Shown piece after piece: positions 28,077 to 49,621 of a stretch of DNA of 64,000 bases (within the stretch, counting starts at the first letter, position 1; each line of letters starts with the position of its first letter). The translations under genes and the position numbers were made by a program. Under the pieces are notes generated by a model. That model saw only the letters and a list, made by a program, of their open reading frames with translations, did no database searches and was not told the DNA's origin. The stretch comes from the human T2T-CHM13v2.0 reference genome, Homo sapiens. The DNA is taken from assembly GCF_009914755.1 (NCBI RefSeq), contig NC_060930.1. One strand, written 5' to 3'.

Positions 28077-29557
28077 TGACCAGCTGGGGGTGAGGAAGAG
28101 CAGAGAGGAGCATAGAAGTGTCCGCTGGGGAGCAACTTCATTTATACAGTCATTTGTTTATTTGATAGGTGGGTTTTTGACACTAGGGTTTCAATGGATC
28201 TAATGTTTGTGCTTTAATGAGCACCAACTGTGAATCAGGCACTGGGGGGTTAGAAATGTATCAGAGATTGTCCCTGCCCTCACTTTCTAGGGCAAGACAG
28301 AGAGGCCCACACATTAGTGTAATCCGAGGCTGAATCCAATGGCTTCCTCCACCTCTGCCACAGGCATATCTTGGTTTACTCCAAAACGAGTGTAAACACT
28401 TCCAAGATGGTCATTGAACACCTGCGATGTGCTGGTCCTATACGTGGTGCTTTTGCAAACACCCTTTGAAGCTCCCAAGGATGTGGGCAGAGGGGCAGAG
28501 AGCAGGGAGCAAGATGATGATTCTCTAGCCTCACTGTCTGGCATGGGCAGGCCACTTATAATATTCTGCGGACATGAGGACTGGAGACAGACAGGGTTGC
28601 CTGGTCCCTGGAGAACCCAGAATGCTCCCAACTTCAAAATACCCAGTGACCTCATATCACCTTTTCTCAAGTGAGCCTGAAGGTCCACACCGTGGTCAAA
28701 TTGTGTCTCCCCAGTAGCCACCTGGACGCATTAGGTAAGGACTTCCTAATTGATAAGCTAGAGGGGTCACTGAAAGGTGAGTTTGGGACTGTGGGTTTGG
28801 GTCCCTAGCTTTCATCCGCTGGGTGACCTTGAGCCCATCATTTCCCCTCTCAGTCCCAGTATATTCATGATGCCGTGGATGTTGGGAGCATTAGTTAAGA
28901 TGTTTGTTGGTTTTCATAGTAAATCTTCCATTCATTTGGAACTATTTGGTCAAGACATAGTTGTGGAAGAGCCCAAATCTGCAAACGTGGCTCCCCGCCC
29001 TGTGGCCCCTCACTTGAAAAGTGAGGATGCAATGAGGCGCTGCCGCGTGTCCTCTGCAGACCCGGGAGAGGTTCCTTCCCTCGCTGCCCAGAAGGTCCAG
29101 GCACCATCATGGGTGGGGCTTCTTGGGAAAGCTGGGGCTCAGTGGCTATTTAAAACTCACTAATATTTAAGGATAAGGGACCAAAGTAGATTACGGGCTT
29201 TGAGTGTCAACCTCAGGTGTAGTATGAGGGAGCCCAAGGGCTTTCCCGAAGCGGGAGCAGGTGAGCAGAGTCCAGAGCCTGTGTACAGAGACTGGGAGGG
29301 ATGGCATCATCACATTCAACACTCAAAATGCTCCCGAAGAAGGAATAACTCCTGAACAGGAGGGGAAGGACAAATGGATGGTTGAGCCTCACACCTTACC
29401 CCCAAACAGCGACATATCTCATCTTCTCACCTGCTAAGAAAACCCTTTGGGTTAAGACATGTCTGCAGAAGGACCCTTACAGTCACACATATGACGCCGG
29501 TGGGGGTGGGGGAGGGCAACCCTGGGGCACATCGACCCTGTATTTGCCTAATCATGT

Positions 29558-31150
<1,593 letters not shown>

Positions 31151-32289
31151 CTAATAAAAACTAAAAAGTTTTTAGTGCAAGTGCCAGCCCTTGCACTAAA
31201 AAATGGTTGTATCTTTGGGTATTGCACCAGATGTGCAGGGCTGGGGAGTACAGAGTGTGACTGGGGAGTGAAACCTGGGGGACAGGCCATTTGCTTTGCT
31301 TACTTCAAATGTTTGTCTGGGCTTGGGTTTGTCTGACAATCACACAGGTGCACACAAATCAATGCAAATCTCCATCTGCATTTGAGTACTGATATAGGAT
31401 GATTTAGGAGAGGCTTTGTCATTCACTAGCTGTTTGGCCTAATCTCTCTCAACTTTGGCTTTGTCATTCAAACTAGAGACAAAAATATTCACCTCTTGGG
31501 GGTGGCTTGAGATTAAATGAGTAAAATGAATAAAGCACTCAGCCTAGGAAGTCCATGGAGAGCACTAAGAAAAGTTAGTATTGCTATATATTTTCATTGA
31601 ATCTAATGCATACCACAATCTTGAAAAGTGCACACTGTCATTCCATTTTATACCTGGGAATACGGAGACTCAAGGTCATGTGACTTATCCAAGGTGATTT
31701 AGATCTTTCTGGCACAAAAATCCACACCTTTTCCATTGCCCCTTTTTAGACATTAAAAAAAAAACCTGCAAAAGCAATCCAGCTCATTGTAGAAATTTCC
31801 AGCAATACAGAAAGATAAAAAATGAAGAGCAAAAGTATCCTCACCTGGTGTCCCCTCCCCCAGAGGAAACCTCTTTAGCAGTTTTCTTGCTTATTCAAGC
31901 TGTGCTGTCTAGGGGCCTCTCTGGGCTCTGTGCTGATGACAGTCCTGGGAGGTGGGTTGGGACTGAATGAGCCCACTGTGGGGTTCAGAGTGTTTAAGGC
32001 CTTCCGGGGGCCTCAGCCCCTCAGGCAGCAGGGTGAGAAACTCCCAAAAGCTCACCCAAACCACGCTCCCATCCCTGGGGGTGCAGTTCTTCCTCCTCCC
32101 ACCTACGCACATGTCTCCCATTTCCCCTAACTGGAAAGGCTCATGCTTGACAATCACAGGGAAGCAGGCAGCGCTCGCTAAAACCCAGATGCCTGTGAAC
32201 AGACAGCGCCAGCCATTCACACCCCAGTGGATGCTGGCTTATTAGATTTGATTGGCAGCCTCTGGAGTAGGCAGGGTGGGCTATACAGG

Positions 32290-32690
<401 letters not shown>

Positions 32691-33005
32691 GAGCCCAGGG
32701 TTAGAACAACAATCTCAGGATTGAGACAGGATGTGGGACTGAGGATCCTGGTGGCAGCTGTAGGCCTCACCAGCTGCGTGACCCAGGCCACGTTCCTTCC
32801 CTTCCTTGGCCTCAGTTTCCTCATCAATACCAAAAGACGATAGAAGTTTGACTCTTGAGTCCCAGCTCTGCCTAGGCCCCCGGGTACCCTGCACTCTACT
32901 CCTCACTGCTCTTGGGAGCCGGACAAGCTCTGACCGTCCCCAATCCTACCCCTGAGATAGGATAAGGATGGGCCCCTCTCACTTCTGCCCCTTCTTCCCT
33001 CCCAG

Positions 33006-33099
33006 GCCATTCGCGCCATTAACCCCTGCAGCGATACCACCATGACTGCAGAGGAGTTCACCGATACAGTGTTCTCCAAGATTGACGTCAACGGGGATG
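33006..33099 (+). CDS. GUCA1A: GCAP1 coding exon 3
   Basis: Acceptor ccctcccAG|GCC and donor GATG|GTGAGG; 94 nt, phase 1; [31 protein letters not shown]. Confidence 0.99.
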
Positions 33100-33103
33100 G
33101 TGA

Positions 33104-33607
<504 letters not shown>

Positions 33608-34240
33608 GTGCACCGCCCGGCTGCTTCTGCACTAGCGGGTGGGGTGGTATGGTGGTGCCTGTTGGTGGTGTTCTTGTCTTAACCCTAGATAGAATCTAAT
33701 GAACTCAGAGGCTTAGCTCGCCTCTTTAGGGTCCATGGTGGCAGCAGAGAGGCAGAAGTGGGAGTCCAGAGCCAGGAACAGTGAAGGATGGTTCCTGGCC
33801 CCTCTGAGTGACAGCTGGTGGCAGCACTCCTTGCTGGGGGGCACTGTTCAACATCCCTCTGCCGTCGGGTGACCCCCTAGCCCTTCTGACTCCTCTCCCA
33901 GCTTTTCCCAGCTTTCCCCACTGAGCTTCTCCAGTCCATGCTCTTCTGGACGTGGACTCTCTGAGGCAGAACTGAGCTTTTCCAGGCCTCTTATGGAATC
34001 CTGCAGATCCAGTGGCTGCAGCTTCAATCCCAGTGCTGCAATCACACATCCATTCTGCCCTGGGGGACCCTGGAGCCTACTTGTGCGCTTTGCATTTCAT
34101 TGATTGACGCCTCCCTTCAACAAGCATTTACTGAGCGCCTACTATGTACTAATGCTAGATGTTAGATGTACAAAGAAGACAGTTTTCATCCTCTAGGAAC
34201 TCATAGGCTAATGGTGAGACACACAGACAAACATCATTAT

Positions 34241-34246
34241 AATAAA
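34241..34246 (+). terminator. GUCA1A: GUCA1A polyadenylation signal AATAAA
   Basis: First canonical AATAAA after the stop, about 630 nt downstream. Confidence 0.8.
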
Positions 34247-34632
34247 ATATGCTAAGAGAAGTTATGAATAGATTTCTGTAGAAGACACCTACAGGCGTCT
34301 GACTCAGAGGCAGCATCACAGAGGTGACCTTTGACTTTGAACAGGAAAGAGTGCTTCGGGGCCGAATGTAGAGAAGAAGGTGATGCATGTGGGGTGGTTG
34401 GAGATGCATTCTCTGTGATGTATGTGTCACATGTGGGGGGCTGTGTGATGTGGACAGGAGCATTCTTAGGTGCAAATTTGGGGTATCCCTTGGGATTTAA
34501 ATTTTACCAAATTTAAAACAGTAAGAATCACCATATCTGTTTTTAGGGAGTACCCCAGTAAGGGAAAACAAACAAACATAGCTTCTTCAAGAGATTTATA
34601 ATCCTACTAGCAAGATAAGGATGGGATGTTTT

Positions 34633-37403
<2,771 letters not shown>

Positions 37404-37500
37404 AATATTTTTCTAATCAATTATTTTTTACCTAAAATTGATGTCTAAAGGAAATTTTATATGACTATCATATGAAATAACACACCTGTAAAGTCTCAGG

Positions 37501-37520
37501 TTTAATAGGTTAGTTTTATT
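37501..37520 (-). terminator. GUCA1B: GUCA1B polyadenylation signals (AATAAA 37520-37515; ATTAAA 37506-37501)
   Basis: Tandem hexamers on the minus strand about 1.5 kb past the stop codon. Confidence 0.7.
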
Positions 37521-38293
37521 TCTTATATACCAACATAAAAACCTATCTATTCAAGGTAAAGCAAATGTTTTTCCAGGTCTCACTTTAAACTGTCTTATAG
37601 GAGTAACAGTGACCCAGGGCACTGGTTTTCAGTTTGCTTTTTTCAGAGGTGCCTCCAGTTCCAGAGGGTACTCAGCTCCCCTTTCAACCAGAGAGACTCC
37701 CTTTTAATCTAGTTTCTATATTGGGGTTACACATAAGAGTTTATATAACAAAAAATAATTCCACATCTAAAAACACAATAATCCAAAACTGTTCGCCTAG
37801 TCCGACCTGCTCACTGTGCTGCCAAGACATAACCAAGGTTAGGGAGGAGAAGTGGCTGTCTTGGGTCACACAGCAGTTAGAAGCCAAGCCCAGCCCACAA
37901 TCCCAGTCAACAGTCCCCCAATTCTTGCCAGAGACAGACAGAAGTTTTCTCCATCCTTTAAAGAGAAACATTCAGCTTATGGCTGGGAGTTGTGGAAGGT
38001 CCATACTGGGGGATATGGATGGAAAGAGAGGATTGTTGGGGGAGTGGTGGGTTGGCAGCAGGGGGTCCCAGAGCAGCACCCAGGCAGAGCTGAAACAGTC
38101 CCTTTAAGTACAGCTGACCCTTTCAAAGGCAGAAAGACCACAGCCTGCAGCGTATTTGCTGCCATTTTTCCTGTTGACACCACTGGTGAGGATGCCTTGG
38201 GGAGGAGGAGGCCAGGGTCCTCCCCATGAACGCCCCTCAGCATCCCGGAAGTTATAGAATTATTGCTGCCCCCTGCCCCCCAAAACTCCTGCC

Positions 38294-38600
38294 TTTTCTT
38301 TTCTTTCTTTTTTTTTTTTTGAGACGGAGTCTCACTGTCGTCCAGGCTGGAGTGCAGTGGCGCAATCTCGGCTCACTGTAGGCTCGGCCCCCTGGGGTTC
38401 ACGCCATTCTCTTGCCTCAGCCTCCTGAGTAGCTGGGACTACAGGCGCCCGCCACCTCACCCGGCTGATTTTTTGTATTTTTAGTAGAGACGGGGTTTCA
38501 CCCCGTGTTAGCCAGGATGGTCTCGATCTCCTGACCTCGTGATCTGCCCGCCTCGGCCTCCCAAAGTGCTGGGATTACAGGCGTGAGCCACCGTGCCCGG
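38294..38600 (-). mobile_element. AluY in the GUCA1B 3'UTR (sense to the mRNA)
   Basis: AluY diagnostics (gttagccaggatggtctcgatctcc); perfect 17-bp TSD aactcctgccttttctt. Confidence 0.93.
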
Positions 38601-39026
38601 CAACTCCTGCCTTTTCTTCAGTCTCAACACCCTCCCACCCCTGCCTCCTACCAGTCTTTGTGTTCTCATTTCTGATTTGGTCTGTGGGACCCTCACCCCT
38701 CAGTTGGCTCTTGCTTCCAACTGAGAACACCCAGAAACTGTGGGAGCCCCACAACCACCCAGCCAAGGCACAGTCCTCCCAGGAGCGGCTGAACAGGAAA
38801 AGTAACTGAATTCCCTTCACCATCCCAGGGACTCCTCCAAAATGGACTATGCCCTGTTGGCCACTTCAAACCCAGCAGCCCTTCCCCATCCCCACTCAGC
38901 CCTGCACAGGGGGTGCCAGGAAGTCAACACCAGGGGAAGAGTGGGCATGAGCAGGCTGAGCCAGGGACCCTCCTACTACCCTGGAAACCTGGGTGAGCCT
39001 GGAGTCGTGGAGGGGCCCCAGACTCC

Positions 39027-39154
39027 TCAGAACATGGCACTTTTCCGTCTCTGCTGAGCGAGCCAGCTGCTGGGATTCATGTCCATCTGCAGCATCTTCA
39101 TCACCCACTTGTCCCGACGGGCACCTTCAACAAACTCGTTCAGAGACAGCTGGC
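39027..39154 (-). CDS. GUCA1B: GCAP2 coding exon 4
   Basis: Acceptor cccttgctCAG|GC; (G)[41 protein letters not shown]. Exon lengths 207+150+118+128=603 nt = 200 aa + stop. Confidence 0.99.
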
Positions 39155-39891
39155 CTGAGCAAGGGGGAGGAGAGGTGGTCATGTAGAAGAAGGGGAGACC
39201 TGGGTCTGGGGGCAGGAGGAGAGACCTCGCTCCCAGGATGCGCCTACACGTCTTATGCCAACTATCCTGCAGTCTCAGACCTCAAGCTTGCGGCTTGTCA
39301 GGTGTCTGAATCTCCAGGAGTCTCCTGCCACCTTTAAGGGGCTTTCTTTGCTGATGAATTGAAGTTTTACTTTTGCGCATGGTACCACGGAAATGCTGGG
39401 TGGAGCTGAGAGAGCTGGAGGGCTCAAGTGTGTATTCCAAGCCAGCTCTCTCCCCACATAGCCCTGAGGCTGGGCTTTGGGCTACAGGGAGGAAAGCCCA
39501 AGCAGCCTGAATGGAGGTCTACCCTATGCCTGCTCTTAAACACATTATCCTATTCATTCCTCTCAACCACTATTATTATCCCCATTTTCCAGATGAGGAA
39601 ATTGAGACTAGGACGAGAAGCTCAATATATCACTCCCTGCCTGACTCCAAAGTTCCTATTCTTTCTATTCTGCGTGCCTGGCCTCCATCAGCAACTCCTG
39701 TAGGACTTTTAGTCACTCCTACAAACACGTGCTCATGAGTCCCTTTGTTAGTTCATGACATCTTCTCCACAGCCTTCTCACAGATGAGGACCCCAGGGTT
39801 GGAAGGTGGAGGGCCTTGCCCAAGGACGTGCGGCCAGAAAGTGGCGATGATGCAGAGTGGACAGCACTCTCCCCATCTCTGCCCCTCTTAC

Positions 39892-40009
39892 CATCTCCAT
39901 TCTCATCCACCAGGAGGAAGATCCTGTCCACGACCTCCTCGGGTGTGAGCAGCTGGCCTTGCTCAGTTTGTAGCTCTCGCCGGCAGGCTTTCTTCAGCTG
40001 GTAAATTCC
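39892..40009 (-). CDS. GUCA1B: GCAP2 coding exon 3
   Basis: Acceptor ttctttggCAG|GGA and donor GATG|GTAAGA; 118 nt; [39 protein letters not shown]. Confidence 0.99.
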
Positions 40010-40523
40010 CTGCCAAAGAAAACTCAGCTGCATTGACGGGAGACCCTGAAAGCTCCACCTTCACCCCAGTGACCCACATCCCTCAGCACCACTTCCCCAG
40101 TGCTGGCTTCCCAGGCTGTGCGTCTTAGGATCACATAATCTGGATCCAGATCAAAACTGACCTGTCCTAAGGCGGTGCTCTCAGAATCCCACTGGCCTAA
40201 TTCCAGCTGAGTTCCCGGCCTCACACCCCACCTGACCCCAACACCATTTGCATTTCCACTGTGAGCTGCAAAGCCCAAATCCAAAACCTCTAATGAGGGA
40301 GGTTTAAGTCACCATGACAGTCTAAATTGCATTCTACACAGGAAGAAATAGAGATGCAGAGAAGAAAATTCAGTGTATCTATATAAGTGTGCCTGTATAT
40401 GTGTAAAACAGAATGATGGGGATACACATGTTCCCTCCTCATGGACTGGAGGGAAAAACCCAGGTTTCTCCTTTGCCCTGTTTCCTCTCCCAATGAGACT
40501 ATGTTTGTGAAAGCACCATGTAG

Positions 40524-42640
<2,117 letters not shown>

Positions 42641-42782
42641 CTCAGAATGAGAACACAGGAAACACACTCAGAATGATTTCAAGGCCTCTTCTTCAGTCCC
42701 CACTGGCCACTTGTGGCCAACCTTCAGAGCTCCAGCAGTGCTCTAGTGCCCAGGCTGCTGGCCCATGGGCAGAGACACTAAC

Positions 42783-42932
42783 CTCCACAATGTTGAGTAG
42801 CTCCAGGCGGTCGATGCAGCCATTGCCATCCTTATCATAGATCTTGAATGTCCACTTCAGCTTGTGCTCCAGGGTGCCCCTCAGCACGAGATTCAGAGCT
42901 GCCACGTACTCCAGGAAGTCGATGGTGTTGTC
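42783..42932 (-). CDS. GUCA1B: GCAP2 coding exon 2
   Basis: Acceptor tgCAG|GAC and donor GAG|GTTAGT; 150 nt; [50 protein letters not shown]. Confidence 0.99.
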
Positions 42933-43087
42933 CTGCATTAGATGTGGATGCTGCTGAGGGCACAGCCCACCTCCCCAGAGCATAGGCCATTCATCCCTGC
43001 AAACACAGGGCTTCTCCTCCTCCTTTTAATCCATGTGGCCTCTGTGTCTTTGCTCAAGTCTTTCTCCACCCTTGGGGTAGAGAACAT

Positions 43088-43097
43088 TCTATCTATC

Positions 43098-43143
<46 letters not shown>

Positions 43144-43319
43144 ATCTATATCATCTATCTATCTCTCTATCTATCTATCTATCATCTGTCTATTTATTTT
43201 TAGAAACAGGGTCTCACTAAGTTACCCAGGCTGGTCTCAAATTCTTGGGCTCAAGTGATCCTCCCTTCTTGGCCTCCCAAAGTGTTTGGATTACAGGCAT
43301 GAGCCACCACACCCAGCCT
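43088..43319 (-). repeat. (TCTA)n STR fused to an antisense Alu monomer (FLAM-like)
   Basis: STR about 43088-43195 and monomer 43195-43319, with tagagaacattct on both sides. Confidence 0.9.
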
Positions 43320-45839
43320 AGAGAACATTCTCTCTTCTCATTTTCTATGATCACCCAAGCCTACCCATCCTTCAAGGCTGAGCTCAAGGGTCCCCTCCTC
43401 CAGGAAGCCTTTATTCTCTGAACTCTTCAGCCATAGTGCTCTCTCCCTCCTCATTCTAACATCCACAGCCTCTACTGTCTATTCTACACAGCTTGGGACT
43501 TTCTCTGGCATTGTCACTTAACTGTTTCCTAGATTTGTCTTGTTCTCTAGCCATGTTATATGCTCCTGGGGAAAAGAGGGGTTGACATTGCTTGGGTTTC
43601 TCCTCCATGCCTAGCACAGTGCCACTTATGGCCAGAATTGTAAGCCAATAGATATTCATAAATCAATGAGTCAATGATGGACTTGATCTGAATTTGGGAC
43701 TAAGACAGTTTTGAAGGAATTAGAAAGCAGAGCCCATGTTGAAATTTTCCTCTGCATTCTCATTCACCCCAAGTCAGAGAGAGGCAGACAGGCAGTGGCT
43801 CCAGCCCTACCCACTTCTAGGTCCCAGTGGACATTACACCGAACAACAGGCCTGTGCCTCCAGCCCATCCAGGAAGGTTGGGGAGCGCAAAGCTCAGGTG
43901 CTAATTGGGCAGAGGAAGGGGGAGAGGCACAGTCTACTTCTAAGGTGACTCTCACCAGGAAGCAACAGAACCTTCTTGTAACAGAAATGCGGCAGCAATA
44001 ATGATTTCTAAAACAGTAAATAAGAAAGAGGATATATTCTTGCTTTCTTCTCCAGATGTGTTTGGGGTGGCAGGCTGCTGTTGCCGCTGCTGTTGGTGGC
44101 TGCAGTGGGTTAGCTGTGCTAGTGTCTCACTTACAGGTGCTCACTTATTCCAAGGTTGGGAACTCCATTCTCCAAATCAAAAATCTGAGCCATCAGATCC
44201 CCCAGGAGTGCCTGTCATTCACATGACTTTGTTATCAGAAATGACACTGATGGCCCAGAGCACTTCTGTCCCACTGGGTCAGGCCACTCAGGAGCCCCAG
44301 CCCCAGATCAAGGGTTGCCTCAGTGAACAAGGTTTGAGCAACAGGAGAAAATGGCAGAAAATGAGGGAAACAGCAAGAAGCCTAAGGAAAAACTAAGAAG
44401 AAAACAAAACGAGCTTACCTTAGTACCTGAAGTGTTCTATTCATATCTTTTATATAATTCCTATAAATATATGGTCTCCGTACTCCCCATCATATACTTA
44501 CCTAATTGAGGTCAGATTATATTTATAATTTTGTTTCCTTCATTCTCATGTAACATTTTCTCATGTCTTTAAAAATTAGTTAAAATGTCAACTTCCATTT
44601 TTTTTTTTTTTTTTTTTGGTGGGGAGGGGGTACTGAACATTCCCTTTGTTGAATATATTTCTAATATTTTCCATTAAACAATGAACTTTTTTTTGCACGT
44701 ATACCTTTTCTTATATCTCTGGTATTTCTTTTTTTAGGGTAGACACTTAGCAATGGTTGTCAGTTCTTTAAAAGGCTATTTTCTCGAGTAGTTGTTACTT
44801 ATTAAGCTTACCACAAATCAATCTTGTGTTTCTTATTTAATGAGAATTAGTTATTATCCCCATTTTATGGATGAGGAGCCTGAGACCCAGAGGTTCCCAG
44901 GCCACCCAGCCAGCAAGTGGCAGAGCTTTTCCAGGCATGCATCTCCTCCAGTGCATCACGTCGGAAGAACTTGCAGTCTCCACTTAAGATCTATTTCTGT
45001 CCAGCAAATAAGCCTAGTGCTTGGGGGTGCCAAGAGAAGAAAAACAAAAACAAAACCTGAAACCACTCACAAATCCCCACTCTCTAGATCTCCAGAGTCT
45101 TCCTCATTCTTTGTCCAGAAGCTTCTATTCCTACAACATCCTCTCTCAACATGATTCAGTTTCCATGACTCCTTGCCTTATATGAGACATATTCCAGAGT
45201 GATCTCTAGACAAGTGATCTCATCTGAGAGGTTACTGGAAACCCCAGGACCATTTCTGGGAAACGTCCAGCTGGGACTAATCTCATCTGCTATGCATGGG
45301 ACCTTGTCAGCTCCAATTACCCACAGAGGCCTGAGAGTGATGGAAATGGCTCTGTCTACTCAGGAATAGGATGGGCGTGTCACCGGCTCTGTGGGATTAT
45401 CTGCCCTGTTTCTCCTTGAATTGGCCATATTTGTGCACCAGCCCTGACTTCAATGCATGTTATATAAGAATCCTAAATGACATCTGATCTTCACCCTCCC
45501 CTTTCTTCCATTCCAGGCGGTCATAGGGCAACCACGAGAGTTGCAAGGGAGAGTGGCAGAGACGAGGTGTTCCTACCTTTTTGTCCCCACCAAACCGGTT
45601 TCCATCACCTCACATTTTCACGTGTGAACCACATCTATAAACACTTTTGATTGGATTTGCTTTAGAAATCTCAGACCGATTGTTCCGAAATGACACTCCT
45701 TGATATAAGGGGGAATGGAGTCAGGTGTAGGTTTGGAGACAAAGACTAAGTGGGAGAGAAGGCTCAGTCCCTGAGAGAGGAACTGAAAAACACTTTCTAG
45801 GGAGGCTCTTCCTTACAGTGGAATGCCAACTAATAAATA

Positions 45840-47400
<1,561 letters not shown>

Positions 47401-48834
47401 AAAACATTGATGAACATCATATGCCGATTTATAAGAAGAGATGAGGTATAAGGAGTACAACTATATGCCTAGGGGCTTAATCAGCCCTTTGGATCTTGAA
47501 TCATGATCGTATTGATTTTTAGATGAATCTGGGGAAGATTGATGGACTTAAATGAGTCTTATTATTTATGACCTGATATATTTGTTTACTTTTCTTACAT
47601 TTTAAAAAAACATCAATTATTTTAAAAAGTCATCTTCTCTCTTTAAAAAACCTGCCTTCTAGGCAGGAGCACTTAAGACCTTGGGCAAATCGATTCATTC
47701 CCTTTTGCCCAGCTTTCTCATCATTTAATTTGGAATAACAAAAGTCTGCCCCTCCCACCCAGGGTTGCTGCTGACTCAGAGGAGACCTAAGAGAGGCGGA
47801 GCGCTGAGAAGTCCGAAACTGGCTCTGTGCCCTGTGGGGTGGTCGATGGGGTTCATCTCTAAGGAGGTTCTGTTGAATTGAAGGTGCTGACCTCACCCTC
47901 CTGTCCCGGGACAGGCACTGTGGGGACGTGCACTGACTGGTACCAGCGACAGGATGAGACCTGAAGTGGCATTCCCAGTGATTCAGCTTAGAAAGCTAAG
48001 TTCTCCACGCACTGAGGAATGGAGAACTGACACTTTCTTCAGATTAAATTGGTATTTGAGGCAAATACCAGGGCATTTGAGGTATTTGAGGTATTTGAGG
48101 ATTGCCAGGGCACTGAACTGGATAACCTTAAATAATCAAGGGGTTTTTAACTGAATTGAAATTTAAAATTCAATCCCCTGGTGCATTTACAAGATGTGTT
48201 ATCTTCTTAGCTGCTAGTGACATTGTGGGCTTAGAGAAACTCTAGTCTGAATGATTTAATGAAACCTTCCAGGACTTGAAGAGCTGAAAGGGGCTTTTGC
48301 AGTCATTCGCCCAGTCTCCCAATACATGCAGGAGCCTCTTCCAGCATTCTTGACAGGGAGGATCTGACCAGTCTCAGAAGAACCCCAACAAGAGGGAGCT
48401 CATAGCCCATGCTAAGATACCTTGTCTCATTTAGAACATCTCTTTTGCTCCTAGTGTTTAGAGTGACAGGGGCTCTGGCAGATGCGAAAACCCGGTCATT
48501 GGGCTGCAGAGTCTTGGTCAAAAATACACAAAGAGAGGACCTGGACTGTCTGCCAGTCGCCCTTCAGCTCTCAAGAAGAGGACACAGGGAGCATCAGCCG
48601 ACAGCTAAGAGATGGAGGGAGGGAAGGAGAGACAGAGAAGATGGAAAGGGACAAAAGGAAGAGAAGAGACAGAAGGGTTTGGTGAGTGAGACAGAAAAGG
48701 TAAAGAGAGACGGAGTGGAAAGAAGAGCAGAGAAAGAGCCGAGGAGTGGGGAACTGGGAGCTCTCCCTGAGGACACTTGTGGAGGAAGGCGCCAGGTGGA
48801 CTGGCCACTGGTCCTTCCCTTCAGGGTGCCTTAC

Positions 48835-49041
48835 CCCATTCTTGTCGAAGGCTCGGAACATGCCCTCTACATACTGGGAGGCCTCCTCATCGTCTGTGAC
48901 CTTGAAGAAGCGCTTAAACTCATGCATAAAGAGTGTGCCGCTGGGGCACTCCATCACAAACTTCTTGTACCACTCCTGGAGCTCCGCCACATCTATCTCG
49001 CCAGCTGCCTCCGCCTCCTCCCAGCTAAACTCCTGCCCCAT
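48835..49041 (-). CDS. GUCA1B: Guanylyl cyclase-activating protein 2 (GCAP2), coding exon 1
   Basis: [38 protein letters not shown]...FDKNG; ATG at 49041; donor GGG|GTAAGG; 207 nt. Confidence 0.99.
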
Positions 49042-49164
49042 GCTAGCCCTGAGGAGCGTCAGGGAGCAAGGGTCTGTATCTCCTCCCTGGCTTCTGCTGA
49101 TGGATCTCTCCAACTAGGGCCCTCTTCCTCCCTTTCCAGGAGGCCTGATCAGCCTCTCCATCAT

Positions 49165-49269
49165 CTCCTGGGTGACTGAACATGATCAGTCGGTGCAGGG
49201 GGCAGGTGGCAAGGGAGGTGGGTCCAGGCCAGCTAAGCTGCCCTAAGACTATTAGAAGATTCCCCAGGT
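49165..49269 (-). promoter_or_regulatory. GUCA1B: GUCA1B proximal promoter
   Basis: Unique sequence between the 5' leader and an Alu; CRX-type CTAAGCT at 49233-49239. Confidence 0.45.

Positions 49270-49621
<352 letters not shown>

Noticed and set aside
48409-49179. 256-aa ORF on +, the longest in the window
   Set aside because: Antisense shadow of GUCA1B exon 1 plus a purine-rich low-complexity intron segment; no recognisable domain or splice support.
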